NCBI GenBank assembly: GCA_035501875.1
Contig: DATJVI010000001.1
Location: forward strand, 6,094-70,093
Origin: Burkholderiales bacterium
Lineage (GTDB): Bacteria > Pseudomonadota > Gammaproteobacteria > Burkholderiales > SHXO01
Reading direction: 5' to 3'
DNA: 64,000 bases
Within the stretch, counting starts at the first letter, position 1, and each line of letters starts with the position of its first letter. A model generated the notes under the pieces. It did no database searches. It had not been told where the DNA came from and was given only the letters and a program-made list of their open reading frames with translations. This document shows, in pieces, positions 18,245 through 26,992 of the stretch. The translations under genes and the position numbers were made by a program.

Positions 18245-20392
18245 TCAGCCGCGCATCCACGCATGGTAGCGCTCCAGCCAGCGCAGCACGTTGCCCGGAG
18301 CGTGAGCGCGCTTCCAGGCTCCGGCGGCGTACTTGTTGGCCTCGGCCAGCGTGGGATAGATGTGGATCGTGCCCAATATGCGGTTCAGCCCGATGTTGTT
18401 CTTCATGGCAGTGATGAACTCCACGATGAGCTCGCCGGCATGCGCACCGACGATGGTTGCGCCCAGGATGCGGTCCTTGCCCGGCACGGTGAGGACCTTG
18501 ACGAACCCGTGTGCCTGCTCGTCCGCGATGGCGCGGTCTAGCTCGTCGATGCCGTACAGCGTGACCTCGCAGGCGACGCCCTGCTCCTTGGCCTGCGTTT
18601 CGTTGAGCCCGACCCGCGCAACCTCGGGGTCGGTGAACGTGCACCAGGGGATCACCGAGTAGTCTACGCGGAACCTACGGAGCCGCCCGAACAAGGCGTT
18701 GACGGACGCGTACCAGGCTTGATGCGAGCCGACGTGCGTGAACTGGAACGGCCCCGCGACGTCGCCGCACGCGTAGACGTTCGGGTAAGCGGTGCGCAGG
18801 TAGGCGTCGGTCTGCAGCGTGCGCTGCTGCGTAATGCCGATGCCCAGTTCCTCGAGGCCGTAGCCCGCCGTGTTCGCCACCCGCCCCACGGCGCACAGCA
18901 GCACATCGAACCCGATGCGCACTTCGCGGCCGTCCTGTTTGGCGATGAGCAGCCGCTCGCCTTGCTCGATCCGGAACGCCTCGGCCTTGTGGCCGGTCAG
19001 CACCCGTATGCCCTCGTCCTGGAACCGCTTCGCTACGACCTCGGAGACGTCGGGATCTTCGCGCATGAGCAGGCGCGGGAACATTTCCACTTGCGTCACC
19101 TGGGAACCGAAGCGGGCAAAACACTGTGCGAGCTCGCAACCGATCGGCCCGCCGCCCAGGACGAGCAGCCGCGCCGGCAGTTCGCGCAGGTTCCAGACGG
19201 TGTCGGAGGTGATGTAGCCGACGTCCTCGATTCCTGGGATCGGTGGCACGAGCGGGCGCGCTCCGGTCGCGATGACGATCGCACGCGTGGCGAGCGTGCG
19301 CACGCCCTGCGGTGTGCTGACCTGGACGCTCCATGGCGAGAGGACCCTGGCTTCCCCGCGGATGCATTCGACGCCGAGACCGGTGTAGCGCTCGGCGGAA
19401 TCGTGGGGCTCGATGGCGCGGATCACGCGCTGCACGCGCTCCATCACGTCGGAGAACTCGAACTGGGCGCTCGCCGCTCGCACGCCCAGCGACTTCGAAG
19501 CGCGGATGTCTGCCAGCAGCTTGGCCGAACGGATCAGCGCCTTGGACGGCACGCAACCGGTATACAGACAGTCGCCGCCCATCCGGTGCTTCTCGACGAG
19601 GCTCACCTTGGCTCTGACTGCGGCTGCGATATAGGCCGCCACGAGCCCAGCCGATCCCGCGCCGATCACGATCAGGTTCCGATCGAAGCGGTGCGGCTTC
19701 GGCCATCTCGAGTAGACGCGGCGCGCACGGGAGAAATCGACCATGCGCTTGGCAATCAGCGGGAAGATGCCGAGCAAGGCGAAGGAGATCAACAAGCCCG
19801 GCGAGAGGATGTCCTTGACCGAGGCGATGCGCGCGAGCTCGGTCCCGGCGTTCACATATACGAGCGTGCCGAGCAGCATGCCGACTTGGCTGACCCAATA
19901 GAAGGTGCGCGTGCTCATCGGGGTCAGGCCCATGAGCAGATTGATGAGGAAGAAGGGAAACGCCGGCACCAGCCGCAACGTGAACAGATACAACGCCCCC
20001 TCTTTCTGCACTCCCGCGTTGACGGTGCTCAGCCGGTCGCCGAACCGGCGCTGGACCGCGTCGCGAAACAGATAGCGGCTGGCGAGAAATGCGAGCGTCG
20101 CGCCGATGCTGGAGGCGAACGAGACGATGACGGTACCCAAGAGCACGCCGAAGATCGCACCCCCCGCCAGTGTCAGGATCGCCGCGCCCGGCAAAGAAAG
20201 ACCGGTCACAGCGACGTACACCGCGAAGTACGCAGCCGCGGTCGTCCACGGATGCGCTCGGTACCAGCCGTCGAGAGCAGCCTGCTGCGACTTGAGGAAA
20301 TCGAGGTTGAAGAAGCGGCTCAGGTCGAGCAGGAAGAATGCCGCCACGAGCGCGACGGCGACGAACAGCAACAACAGCCGGCCTCTGGTCAT
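18245..20392 (-). CDS. Fusion of a TVP38/TMEM64 (DedA-like) membrane domain and a pyridine nucleotide-disulfide oxidoreductase
   Basis: Trimmed to the ATG at 20392 (MTRGRLLLLFVAV). The first roughly 230 aa are polytopic and SNARE-associated/DedA-like. They are followed by GAGSAG (FAD), the redox-active CLYTGCVPSK motif, GGGPIG (NAD) and a dimerisation domain, as in mercuric-reductase/lipoamide-dehydrogenase relatives. Confidence 0.8.
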   Translation of the reverse strand: MTRGRLLLLFVAVALVAAFFLLDLSRFFNLDFLKSQQAALDGWYRAHPWTTAAAYFAVYVAVTGLSLPGAAILTLAGGAIFGVLLGTVIVSFASSIGATLAFLASRYLFRDAVQRRFGDRLSTVNAGVQKEGALYLFTLRLVPAFPFFLINLLMGLTPMSTRTFYWVSQVGMLLGTLVYVNAGTELARIASVKDILSPGLLISFALLGIFPLIAKRMVDFSRARRVYSRWPKPHRFDRNLIVIGAGSAGLVAAYIAAAVRAKVSLVEKHRMGGDCLYTGCVPSKALIRSAKLLADIRASKSLGVRAASAQFEFSDVMERVQRVIRAIEPHDSAERYTGLGVECIRGEARVLSPWSVQVSTPQGVRTLATRAIVIATGARPLVPPIPGIEDVGYITSDTVWNLRELPARLLVLGGGPIGCELAQCFARFGSQVTQVEMFPRLLMREDPDVSEVVAKRFQDEGIRVLTGHKAEAFRIEQGERLLIAKQDGREVRIGFDVLLCAVGRVANTAGYGLEELGIGITQQRTLQTDAYLRTAYPNVYACGDVAGPFQFTHVGSHQAWYASVNALFGRLRRFRVDYSVIPWCTFTDPEVARVGLNETQAKEQGVACEVTLYGIDELDRAIADEQAHGFVKVLTVPGKDRILGATIVGAHAGELIVEFITAMKNNIGLNRILGTIHIYPTLAEANKYAAGAWKRAHAPGNVLRWLERYHAWMRG

Positions 20393-20473
20393 GGGTGGCT
20401 CTCTTGCAGCGTTCGTGGCGCGATCGGTGGCCGCTAGGCCTGCGCCCACAGGCCGGCGCCGCGCCCGCGCGGG

Positions 20474-21439
20474 TCAGGGGGCCAGCGCCCCGCCGCAACT
20501 CGATCCCTGCCCCGCAGTGCAGCCGAAGCAGTGGTCCGCCACGACGATGGGGTTGCCTTCCAGAGCGCAGCCGATCAGATCTTGCAGGCGCGTGCGCGGC
20601 CGCCCCGATAGCTGCGCCGGCAACGCGAGCATCTGGTTGAAGTCGCAGTCGTACACGAAACCTTGCCAGTCGACCGACAGCAGCGAGCGGCACATCACCG
20701 CATCGAGGTTCTCTTCGCGGTAATTGTCCTCGAGCAGACGCATATAGGCGCCGAACTGCCCTTTGGAAACCAGCGTGCTGCCGAAGCGCTGGATCGGCAT
20801 GTTCGCCAGCGTGTACAGGCGGTTGAACTGCACTCCATAACCGTCGCTCAGGTGTCTGCGGTAGTCCTGCTCCAGCTTCGCTTGCGGCGGCGGCAGCGAG
20901 GCCCCTTGGGGGTTGTAGACGAGATGCAGCGCGAGCCCGCTCCCGGGCTGCGCGTAGCCCAAGGCGTTCAGCCGGCGCAACGCGCGGACGCTGGACTGGA
21001 ACACGCCGTCGCCGCGCTGGCGGTCCACGTTCTCCTCGAGATAGCAGGGAAGCGAAGCGACGACTTCGACGCGCTGTTCGGCGAGAAACGCTGCGAGGTC
21101 TTCCTGTCCGGGCTGCTCCAGGATCGTGAGGTTGCAGCGGTCGATCACGTTGCGGTCCAGCCGGCGCGCTTCGCGCACCAGGCGGCGAAAATGCGGATTG
21201 AGCTCTGGCGCCCCACCGGTGATGTCGAGCGTCGGCACGCCCGAACCCCTCAGGAACGCGAGCACTGCCTCCATCACCTCTTCCGACATCGCCTCCTTGC
21301 GCGCGGGACCCGCGTTGACGTGGCAATGCAGGCAGGTCTGGTTACAGCGGTACCCGACATTCACCTGCAGTACCTCCAGGCGGCGCCGGCGGATGCTCGG
21401 AAAACGGGTGTGCTCCAGCAGCGGCAACGTAGCGTGCAC
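20474..21439 (-). CDS. arsS: Radical SAM / Cys-rich-domain protein ArsS family
   Basis: 321 aa. The block LQVNVGYRCNQTCLHCHV contains the CxxxCxxC radical SAM cluster. The C-terminal Cys-rich tail DHCFGCTAGQGSSCGG matches the family annotated as arsenosugar-biosynthesis radical SAM (seleno)protein. Confidence 0.8.
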   Translation of the reverse strand: MHATLPLLEHTRFPSIRRRRLEVLQVNVGYRCNQTCLHCHVNAGPARKEAMSEEVMEAVLAFLRGSGVPTLDITGGAPELNPHFRRLVREARRLDRNVIDRCNLTILEQPGQEDLAAFLAEQRVEVVASLPCYLEENVDRQRGDGVFQSSVRALRRLNALGYAQPGSGLALHLVYNPQGASLPPPQAKLEQDYRRHLSDGYGVQFNRLYTLANMPIQRFGSTLVSKGQFGAYMRLLEDNYREENLDAVMCRSLLSVDWQGFVYDCDFNQMLALPAQLSGRPRTRLQDLIGCALEGNPIVVADHCFGCTAGQGSSCGGALAP

Positions 21440-21620
21440 AGGAAGTCCTCGGCGAGGGTTGCTGGAGGCAGGTTACCCGCAAACGGATGCGCAGGCAAAA
21501 GCTGGAGGCACGCACGCCTCGCCCTACGACCTTTCCCGGAGCTTGCACAGATGGGGAGCTCGCTTCGATGACGGGCCGCGTCCAAGGTGCATTCCAGCGC
21601 GCGGGGGCCGCTACGCCACC

Positions 21621-21652
21621 CCAAAAAAGCAAACGCCCCTTGCGGGGCGTCT
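21621..21652 (-). terminator. Rho-independent terminator after the HExxH-protein gene
   Basis: On the minus strand, stem ACGCCCC/GGGGCGT (loop GCAA) is followed by TTGCTTTTTTGG, about 20 nt downstream of the stop at 21671. Confidence 0.7.
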
Positions 21653-21670
21653 GCGGGTAGTCCTGCGCGA

Positions 21671-22312
21671 CTATTCGTCGGAGTTCGACGCGCGCGTGGC
21701 GCCGCTGAACACTTGACGGCGGATGATGCCGTCCTTGCCGATGCTCTCCATCGTGTGGCAGTTGTTCCCTACGTATGCCACGCGGCTCGGCAGGCCGATC
21801 ATGCCCAGATAGCGATTCTGGATATCGTAGGCGTCCAACTCCCGGCGCAACCAGCGGTCGCAGGCGTCGGCATGGGCGTAGTAGCCTTCCATGTCCTGAA
21901 AGTAGTGCACCATCTCGTGAAGCAGAATCGAGCGGTCGAATGGGTTTGTCTGCGGGTCGACGCTCTCGTCCAGCACGATCCCTTCGCCCGGCTTGTACCA
22001 CGCCTTGATGGCGCAGTTGGTCTCGCACACGTGCTTCTCCATTTCCGCGTGCGACAGCCGCTGCACGAGGGGTGCGATCTTGGGAGTCTTGTGCCGAGAC
22101 AGCTGGTTGATGGCCAAGCTGAGCTGTCTCACCACTTGGTCCATCGAAGTCGCGGGGCTGGTGTCGAACGCGCGCGACAGGAGAACCTCGGCTTGGCTCG
22201 GCGCGTTGTAAGCGCCGTAGGAACTGACCGCGGCGGTTTCGCCTGCATGCGCGATCGGGAGCAACATGGCTGCCGCCGCGCTGGCGAAAATCATGAGTCG
22301 GAGTTTCAGCAT
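21671..22312 (-). CDS. Secreted Cys-containing HExxH protein (putative minimal metallopeptidase, unknown family)
   Basis: Trimmed to the ATG at 22312 (MLKLRLMIFASAAAAMLLPIAHA/GE). It has the motif ILLHEMVHYFQ and four Cys residues. Composition is visibly less GC-rich than neighbouring genes. It has its own terminator. Confidence 0.55.
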   Translation of the reverse strand: MLKLRLMIFASAAAAMLLPIAHAGETAAVSSYGAYNAPSQAEVLLSRAFDTSPATSMDQVVRQLSLAINQLSRHKTPKIAPLVQRLSHAEMEKHVCETNCAIKAWYKPGEGIVLDESVDPQTNPFDRSILLHEMVHYFQDMEGYYAHADACDRWLRRELDAYDIQNRYLGMIGLPSRVAYVGNNCHTMESIGKDGIIRRQVFSGATRASNSDE

Positions 22313-22690
22313 AAAGCACCTCTTCGTCTGCCTCCTCCGCCCCACTTCCCTGCCCGCTCTTCGCGGGTTTGATGATTAAACCGCATAAACCGTGCCGATC
22401 GCCTTTTTTGAGCCCGCTAAACTTGCATGGCTCCATGATTCATCAGTGGTTTCCTTCAGGTCCCAGCGCCTTCGGCGATGACTTTCCTACACAATCGCTG
22501 ACCCGCTCGGATGCACCACTCTTGCGCATAACGGTACCCGAATGCGACAAGGCGGTGCTACCGATCCAACGGTCTACATCGATAGTTTGAGTCATGCGGC
22601 AGCACTTTCGAGAGCGGCCATGGGCGAACTGGAGCGCCGGCGACGTGCGCTCCGCCGCCGAGGGTGGGCGCGGCTGTCGCTCGCGGTTCG

Positions 22691-23560
22691 TCACGTTTCC
22701 GACTCTCCCGGCCCCACCTTGAGCGGCTGGGCTTGGCGCCGCTGTTCGATGCGCTCGCCGAGGTTCTTCGTCATCTCTGCGGAGCGCGCCAACTCCAACT
22801 CGCTGAGGGCGGAGCGCAGCGTCTCCACCTCCTTGGCGTTCGCGTGCGCCTCCTCCCGATCCTCGGCCGTGTAGTAGCGGCTTGCCAGGGTCAGCCACGC
22901 ATGACCCTCGGCCTTGTCCGCCGGGAAGCCGCGCCCTTCTGCAAACATGCGACCGAGATTGTGCATGGCGCAGGCGATCCCCTTGTCCGCCGAGCGGTTG
23001 TACCAGTCATACGCGGCCTTGAAACTCTGCTCCGCGCCCCGCCCCTGCTCGTAGAGGTTGCCGAGGTTATACATGGCCAGGCCATCGCCCGCATCGGCGG
23101 CGCGTCGATACCAGTCGAAGGCCTCGCTATAGCTTTGCGCGACGCCAAGACCGTTCTCATACAGATCGCCAATGCTGTTCATCGCCCAAGCGCTGTTACG
23201 CTCGGCCGCCATCTGCCACCATTTCAGTGCTTCCTTGTAGTCTTGCGGGACGCCGTCGCCGTGGGCATAGAGCAGCCCGATGTTGTTCATGGACACAGGG
23301 TAGCCGCGGCGTGCGGCTTCCTTCCACCACCGAAGCGCTTCGGCGTAGTCGGGTGCGGGCACGCCTACCCCCCGCGCCCACAGCAGGCCGATATTGTTCA
23401 TCGCGCGCACGTCGCCCTGGCCAAGCAGCGGGATCAGCTTCTCCGGGTCGGTGAGATCGCTGCCGGGCGTGATCTCGGTGAACGTTGGCTCCTGTTGCTG
23501 CGCGCGGGCCGCAACTGCGGCACACAGCACTGCGGCCAACACGAGCGGTCTCGGGTTCAA
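22691..23560 (-). CDS. Secreted Sel1-like repeat protein
   Basis: 289 aa with a signal peptide (VLCAAVAARA/QQ). At least five consecutive Sel1 repeats of the form AMNN(I/L)G.LY..G.GV..D...A..W...AA..G. Confidence 0.8.
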   Translation of the reverse strand: MNPRPLVLAAVLCAAVAARAQQQEPTFTEITPGSDLTDPEKLIPLLGQGDVRAMNNIGLLWARGVGVPAPDYAEALRWWKEAARRGYPVSMNNIGLLYAHGDGVPQDYKEALKWWQMAAERNSAWAMNSIGDLYENGLGVAQSYSEAFDWYRRAADAGDGLAMYNLGNLYEQGRGAEQSFKAAYDWYNRSADKGIACAMHNLGRMFAEGRGFPADKAEGHAWLTLASRYYTAEDREEAHANAKEVETLRSALSELELARSAEMTKNLGERIEQRRQAQPLKVGPGESET

Positions 23561-23620
23561 GTGATCCTCCGATGCGGAAACGCGTCTGGGCCGCGGCTCG
23601 CGTCGCCCGCGCGCTGCGGC

Positions 23621-24493
23621 TCATCCACGCAGAAACGGCTGCAGCTCAGCCACCAGCTCATCGGGTGCCTCCTCCGGGATGAAGTGGCCGCAGGCGAGCG
23701 TCCGTCCGGCGACATGTTCGGCCTTTTCCCGCCAAGTGGCGAGCACGTCGAACAGCGCATGCATCTTCCCGAACTCGCCCCAGATCGCAAGCACCGGGCA
23801 GCGCACCCGCCTGCTGAGGTCGCGCTCGTCGTCCTCGAAGTCGCGAGTCGCGGCCGCCCGATAGTCTTCGAGCCCGGCGCGGATGGTTCCGGGCAGCCGG
23901 AATGCGCGCAAGTACTCCTGAACCATCGGCTCCTCGATGGCGCCGGCACGGAACGTCAGAGCACGAAGCATGTAACGCAAGAATGACTCTGCGCTGGCCT
24001 CGAGCATCAGCTCCGGCAGATCCGGGGCCTGGAAATAGAACCAGTGCCAATAAGCGGCCGCCAGATGCCGGTCCGTGCGCGCGAACACCGTGTGCGTCGG
24101 TACGATGTCGAGCACACACAACCTGGTCGCCGCCTCGGGGAAATCCAGCGCGAGCCGGTGCGCGACGCGCGCTCCGCGGTCGTGCCCCACCACGGCGTAG
24201 GTCTTGTGTCCGAACCCCGCCATGAGCGCGTGGACGTCGCCTGCCATGGTGCGCTTGTCGTAGCCCTCGCGCGGCTTGTCCGAATCGCCGTAGCCGCGCA
24301 GGTCGGGACATACGACGCTGAACTCGCCGATCAGCCTCGGCGCCACCTTGCGCCACATCTGACCCGTTTGCGGGTAGCCATGCAGCAGCACCACCGGCGC
24401 GCCGTTTCCGCCGAGCCAGCAGTTCACGCGAATCCCATTGGCGCGGACCACGCGCTGTTCCATGCCGGACATGAAGTGGGGAGCTGACGTCAT
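23621..24493 (-). CDS. Alpha/beta hydrolase, haloacetate dehalogenase / epoxide hydrolase-like
   Basis: Trimmed to the ATG at 24493 (MTSAPHFMSGMEQ). It has the motifs LLHGYPQTGQMW and VVGHDRGARVAHRLALD (Asp nucleophile type). The ORF-track N-terminal extension reads through the intergenic repeat and is rejected. Confidence 0.75.
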   Translation of the reverse strand: MTSAPHFMSGMEQRVVRANGIRVNCWLGGNGAPVVLLHGYPQTGQMWRKVAPRLIGEFSVVCPDLRGYGDSDKPREGYDKRTMAGDVHALMAGFGHKTYAVVGHDRGARVAHRLALDFPEAATRLCVLDIVPTHTVFARTDRHLAAAYWHWFYFQAPDLPELMLEASAESFLRYMLRALTFRAGAIEEPMVQEYLRAFRLPGTIRAGLEDYRAAATRDFEDDERDLSRRVRCPVLAIWGEFGKMHALFDVLATWREKAEHVAGRTLACGHFIPEEAPDELVAELQPFLRG

Positions 24494-24530
24494 CGAGACC
24501 CCGAGCGAATTTGAGGCGAGCAAGTCAACG

Positions 24531-24686
24531 AGGTGAAAGAGGTGAACGAAGTGAATGAGGTGAGCCCCCTCACCCCGGCCCTCTCCCCCGGTAGCGGGGG
24601 AGAGGGAGAGTAGCACTTCACTTCCTTCACCTCCTTCACCTCCTTCACTTCATTCACCTCTTCACCTTTTCACCTCTTCACCTTCC
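24531..24686. repeat. Composite intergenic element: 4 x 9-nt GTGAA repeats, two hairpins, then 8 x TTCAC repeats in inverted orientation
   Basis: Left array 24531-24566 (AGGTGAAAG AGGTGAACG AAGTGAATG AGGTGAGCC). Small hairpin GGTGAG/CTCACC at 24559-24574. Perfect 12-bp hairpin CCCTCTCCCCCG-GTAG-CGGGGGAGAGGG at 24579-24606. Right array 24614-24686 has TTCAC cores spaced 9,9,9,9,8,8,8 nt, and its last units overlap the aminotransferase stop codon. Confidence 0.8.
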
Positions 24687-25870
24687 AGATACCGCCGCAG
24701 CCTTCGCACCCCCTCCTGCAGCACGGAAAGCGGCTTGGGATAGGAGAAGCGGACATGGTGGCGCGGGTCGTTGTCGCCGAAGTCCAGGCCCGGAGCGATC
24801 GCCACACCCGCTTGCTCCAGGACATCCCAGCAGAACGCATAGGTGTCGTCGGTGAAGCGGCGGCAGTCGGCGTAGATGTAGAACGCGCCCTCCGGCACGA
24901 CCGGAATGTCGAAGCCCAGGTCCTTCAGCGCGGGGAGCAGGAAGTCGCGCTGCGCGCGGTATAGCTCTCGCCGCTCATCGAGCAACGCTACCGTCTCGGG
25001 ATGGAAGGCGGCCAGGGCCGCTTGCTGAGCGATGTCCGGCGCCGAGATGAAGAGGTTGCCCACGAGCTTGTCCACGTCGAGCACGAAGGTCTCCGGCGCG
25101 ACCACCCAGCCGAGCCGAAAGCCCGTCATGCCGAAGTACTTCGAGAAGCTGTTGATGACGAACAGATCGTCACCAAACGCGAGCGCGGTCTCCGCCTCCC
25201 GGCCATAGGTGAGGCCGTGATAGATCTCGTCCGAGATCAGGATCGCTCCGCGGGCGCGCGCGAGCTCGTGGATCTCTCGCAGGGCCTGCGGCGCGATCAT
25301 CGTGCCCGTGGGGTTCGATGGCGAGCACACCAACACGGCCTTCGTCCGCGGCGTCCAGTGCCGCTCGACCAGCTCCGCGCTGAGCTGGTAGCCGGTTGCC
25401 GGCCCGACCGGCACGCCCAACGGCTCGCCGTCCATGGCGCGCACGAAATGACGGTTGCACGGGTAGCCGGGATCCGCCAGCAGCACTTGATCGCCTGGAT
25501 CGAGCAGCACGCCCATCACGAGCAGCAACGCCCCGGACGAGCCGGTGGTCACGCCGATCCGCGAGGCGGGCACTTCCACGCCATAGCGGGTCCGGTACCA
25601 GCCGGAGATCGCCTCGCGCAGCGCGGTGATCCCCAGGGCCGGCGTGTAGTGCAGCTGCCCCGTCTCCAGCACGCGCATCGCGGCCTGCTTGACGCGCGGT
25701 GCGATGGGAAAATCCGGCTCGCCCACCACCATGTTCACGATGTCGCGGCCGCGCGCCTCCAACTCCTTCGCGCGCGCGATGAGCTGCATCACATGAAACG
25801 GCTCGATGTCGGCCATGCGGGCGGCGCTGCGCGGCATCGAGACGGCGGTCACGGCCTCTGGGAGGTTCAT
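24662..25870 (-). CDS. PLP-dependent aminotransferase, class I/II (aspartate/aromatic-type)
   Basis: Motifs IEPFHVMQL, VGEPDF and SFSKYFGMTGFRLGW (PLP lysine). Start chosen at the ATG at 25870 (MNLPEAV...), with in-frame ATGs at 25837 and 25816 as alternatives. The ORF-track start at 26095 is too long. Confidence 0.8.
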   Translation of the reverse strand: MNLPEAVTAVSMPRSAARMADIEPFHVMQLIARAKELEARGRDIVNMVVGEPDFPIAPRVKQAAMRVLETGQLHYTPALGITALREAISGWYRTRYGVEVPASRIGVTTGSSGALLLVMGVLLDPGDQVLLADPGYPCNRHFVRAMDGEPLGVPVGPATGYQLSAELVERHWTPRTKAVLVCSPSNPTGTMIAPQALREIHELARARGAILISDEIYHGLTYGREAETALAFGDDLFVINSFSKYFGMTGFRLGWVVAPETFVLDVDKLVGNLFISAPDIAQQAALAAFHPETVALLDERRELYRAQRDFLLPALKDLGFDIPVVPEGAFYIYADCRRFTDDTYAFCWDVLEQAGVAIAPGLDFGDNDPRHHVRFSYPKPLSVLQEGVRRLRRYLEGEEVKR

Positions 25871-26031
25871 GCCTGCGTCTGCCGGGTGATTGTGCAGAAC
25901 GCCAAGGCTAGGCCAAGCGCTGCGGCTTTTCAAGCGATCGCCGCACGACTGCGGGGCGCGACAGAACTCGGTACCATTGCGTAGCTGCACGTACCGTCTG
26001 AACTTGGACCACAACCAGAGCGCGGGAGAAC

Positions 26032-26976
26032 ATGAAGATCGCGGTGATGGGAACCGGAGGCGTGGGCGGCTATTTCGGCGCGAAGCTCGCCGCAAGCGGC
26101 GAACAGGTGCATTTCATCGCTCGCGGCGCACATCTGCAGGCCATGCAGGAGCAGGGGCTGCAGGTCTACAGTCCGAACGGTGACGTGCTGGTGAGGCCGG
26201 TCCACGCGACGAGCGATCCGGCGAGCGTGGGGACGGTGGACCTGGTGATCGTTACAGTCAAGCTCTGGTCTACCGAGGAAGCGCTGCGCGACGCGAAGCC
26301 GCTGGTAGGACCGGCGACGGCCGTGGTGTCCTTTCAGAACGGGGTGGTCGCCACCGATGCGATCGCTCAGGTCTACGGCAGGCAGCGCACGCTGGGCGGC
26401 GTCGCCAACATCGCAGCGCTGATCGAAAAGCCCGGGGTCATCCGGCACAACGGCACCATGGCGATCCTCACCATCGGCGAGCTGGATGGGGCGCTTAGCC
26501 CGCGCGTGCACGCTTTTCTCAACGCGTGCACCCGAGCAAACATCCAGGCGCGCGCTGCGGACAACATCGTCAAGGCGATCTGGGAGAAGTACGTCGCCCT
26601 GGTTTCGATGAGCGCGATGACTTCCCTGACGCGGCTGCCCATCGGGCCGATCCGCGAAGACCCCGACACGCGAGCGGTGCTGCGCCAGCTGATGAGCGAG
26701 GTGGTAGCCGTGGGCCGCGCCAAGGGCGTTCGCCTCGACGCCGACACCGAGGAGCGAATCGCGCAGAACACCGAGCGCCTGCCGCGCGACATGGTGTCCT
26801 CCATGCTCGGGGATCTCGAGCGCGGGAATCGTCTCGAGCTTCCCTGGCTGTCCGGCGGCGTGGTGCAGCTGGGCAAGGAGCTGGGTGTGGCGACGCCTGC
26901 CAATGGCTTCATCTACGCCGCGTTGAAGCACTACATCAACGGCCCCCCGCCCGACGCACGCACGCCTAAGGCGTGA
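26032..26976 (+). CDS. panE: 2-dehydropantoate 2-reductase (ApbA/PanE family)
   Basis: 314 aa. N-terminal Rossmann motif MKIAVMGTGGVGGYFGAKLA and a typical ketopantoate-reductase C-terminal domain (SMLGDLERGNRLELPWLSG). Confidence 0.75.
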   Translation: MKIAVMGTGGVGGYFGAKLAASGEQVHFIARGAHLQAMQEQGLQVYSPNGDVLVRPVHATSDPASVGTVDLVIVTVKLWSTEEALRDAKPLVGPATAVVSFQNGVVATDAIAQVYGRQRTLGGVANIAALIEKPGVIRHNGTMAILTIGELDGALSPRVHAFLNACTRANIQARAADNIVKAIWEKYVALVSMSAMTSLTRLPIGPIREDPDTRAVLRQLMSEVVAVGRAKGVRLDADTEERIAQNTERLPRDMVSSMLGDLERGNRLELPWLSGGVVQLGKELGVATPANGFIYAALKHYINGPPPDARTPKA

Positions 26977-26992
26977 GCGACGGGGCGCGCGC

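Noticed and set aside
18675-21326. 883-aa minus-strand ORF spanning the arsS and DedA-FAD genes in another frame
   Set aside because: The product is extremely Arg/Ala/Pro/Gly-rich with no motifs. It overlaps two genes that carry clear family signatures, so it is a typical shadow ORF of GC-rich DNA.
22369-22590. 73-aa plus-strand ORF, and a 51-aa minus-strand ORF, inside the low-GC spacer between the Sel1 and HExxH genes
   Set aside because: Neither has a Shine-Dalgarno sequence, a motif or hydrophobic structure. The region is more simply explained as promoter plus 5' UTR of the HExxH gene. An ncRNA cannot be excluded, but I see no conserved structure.
22631-22652. Hairpin GGAGCGC-N8-GCGCTCC just downstream of the Sel1 gene stop, considered as a terminator
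   Set aside because: No U-tract follows on the minus strand and the stem is only 7 bp, so the evidence is insufficient to call a terminator.
24494-24616. N-terminal extension of the hydrolase ORF (MLLSLSPATGGEGRGEGAHLIHFVHLFHLV...)
   Set aside because: These codons are just the translation of the 9-mer array and the GC hairpin. The hydrolase homology begins after the ATG at 24493.
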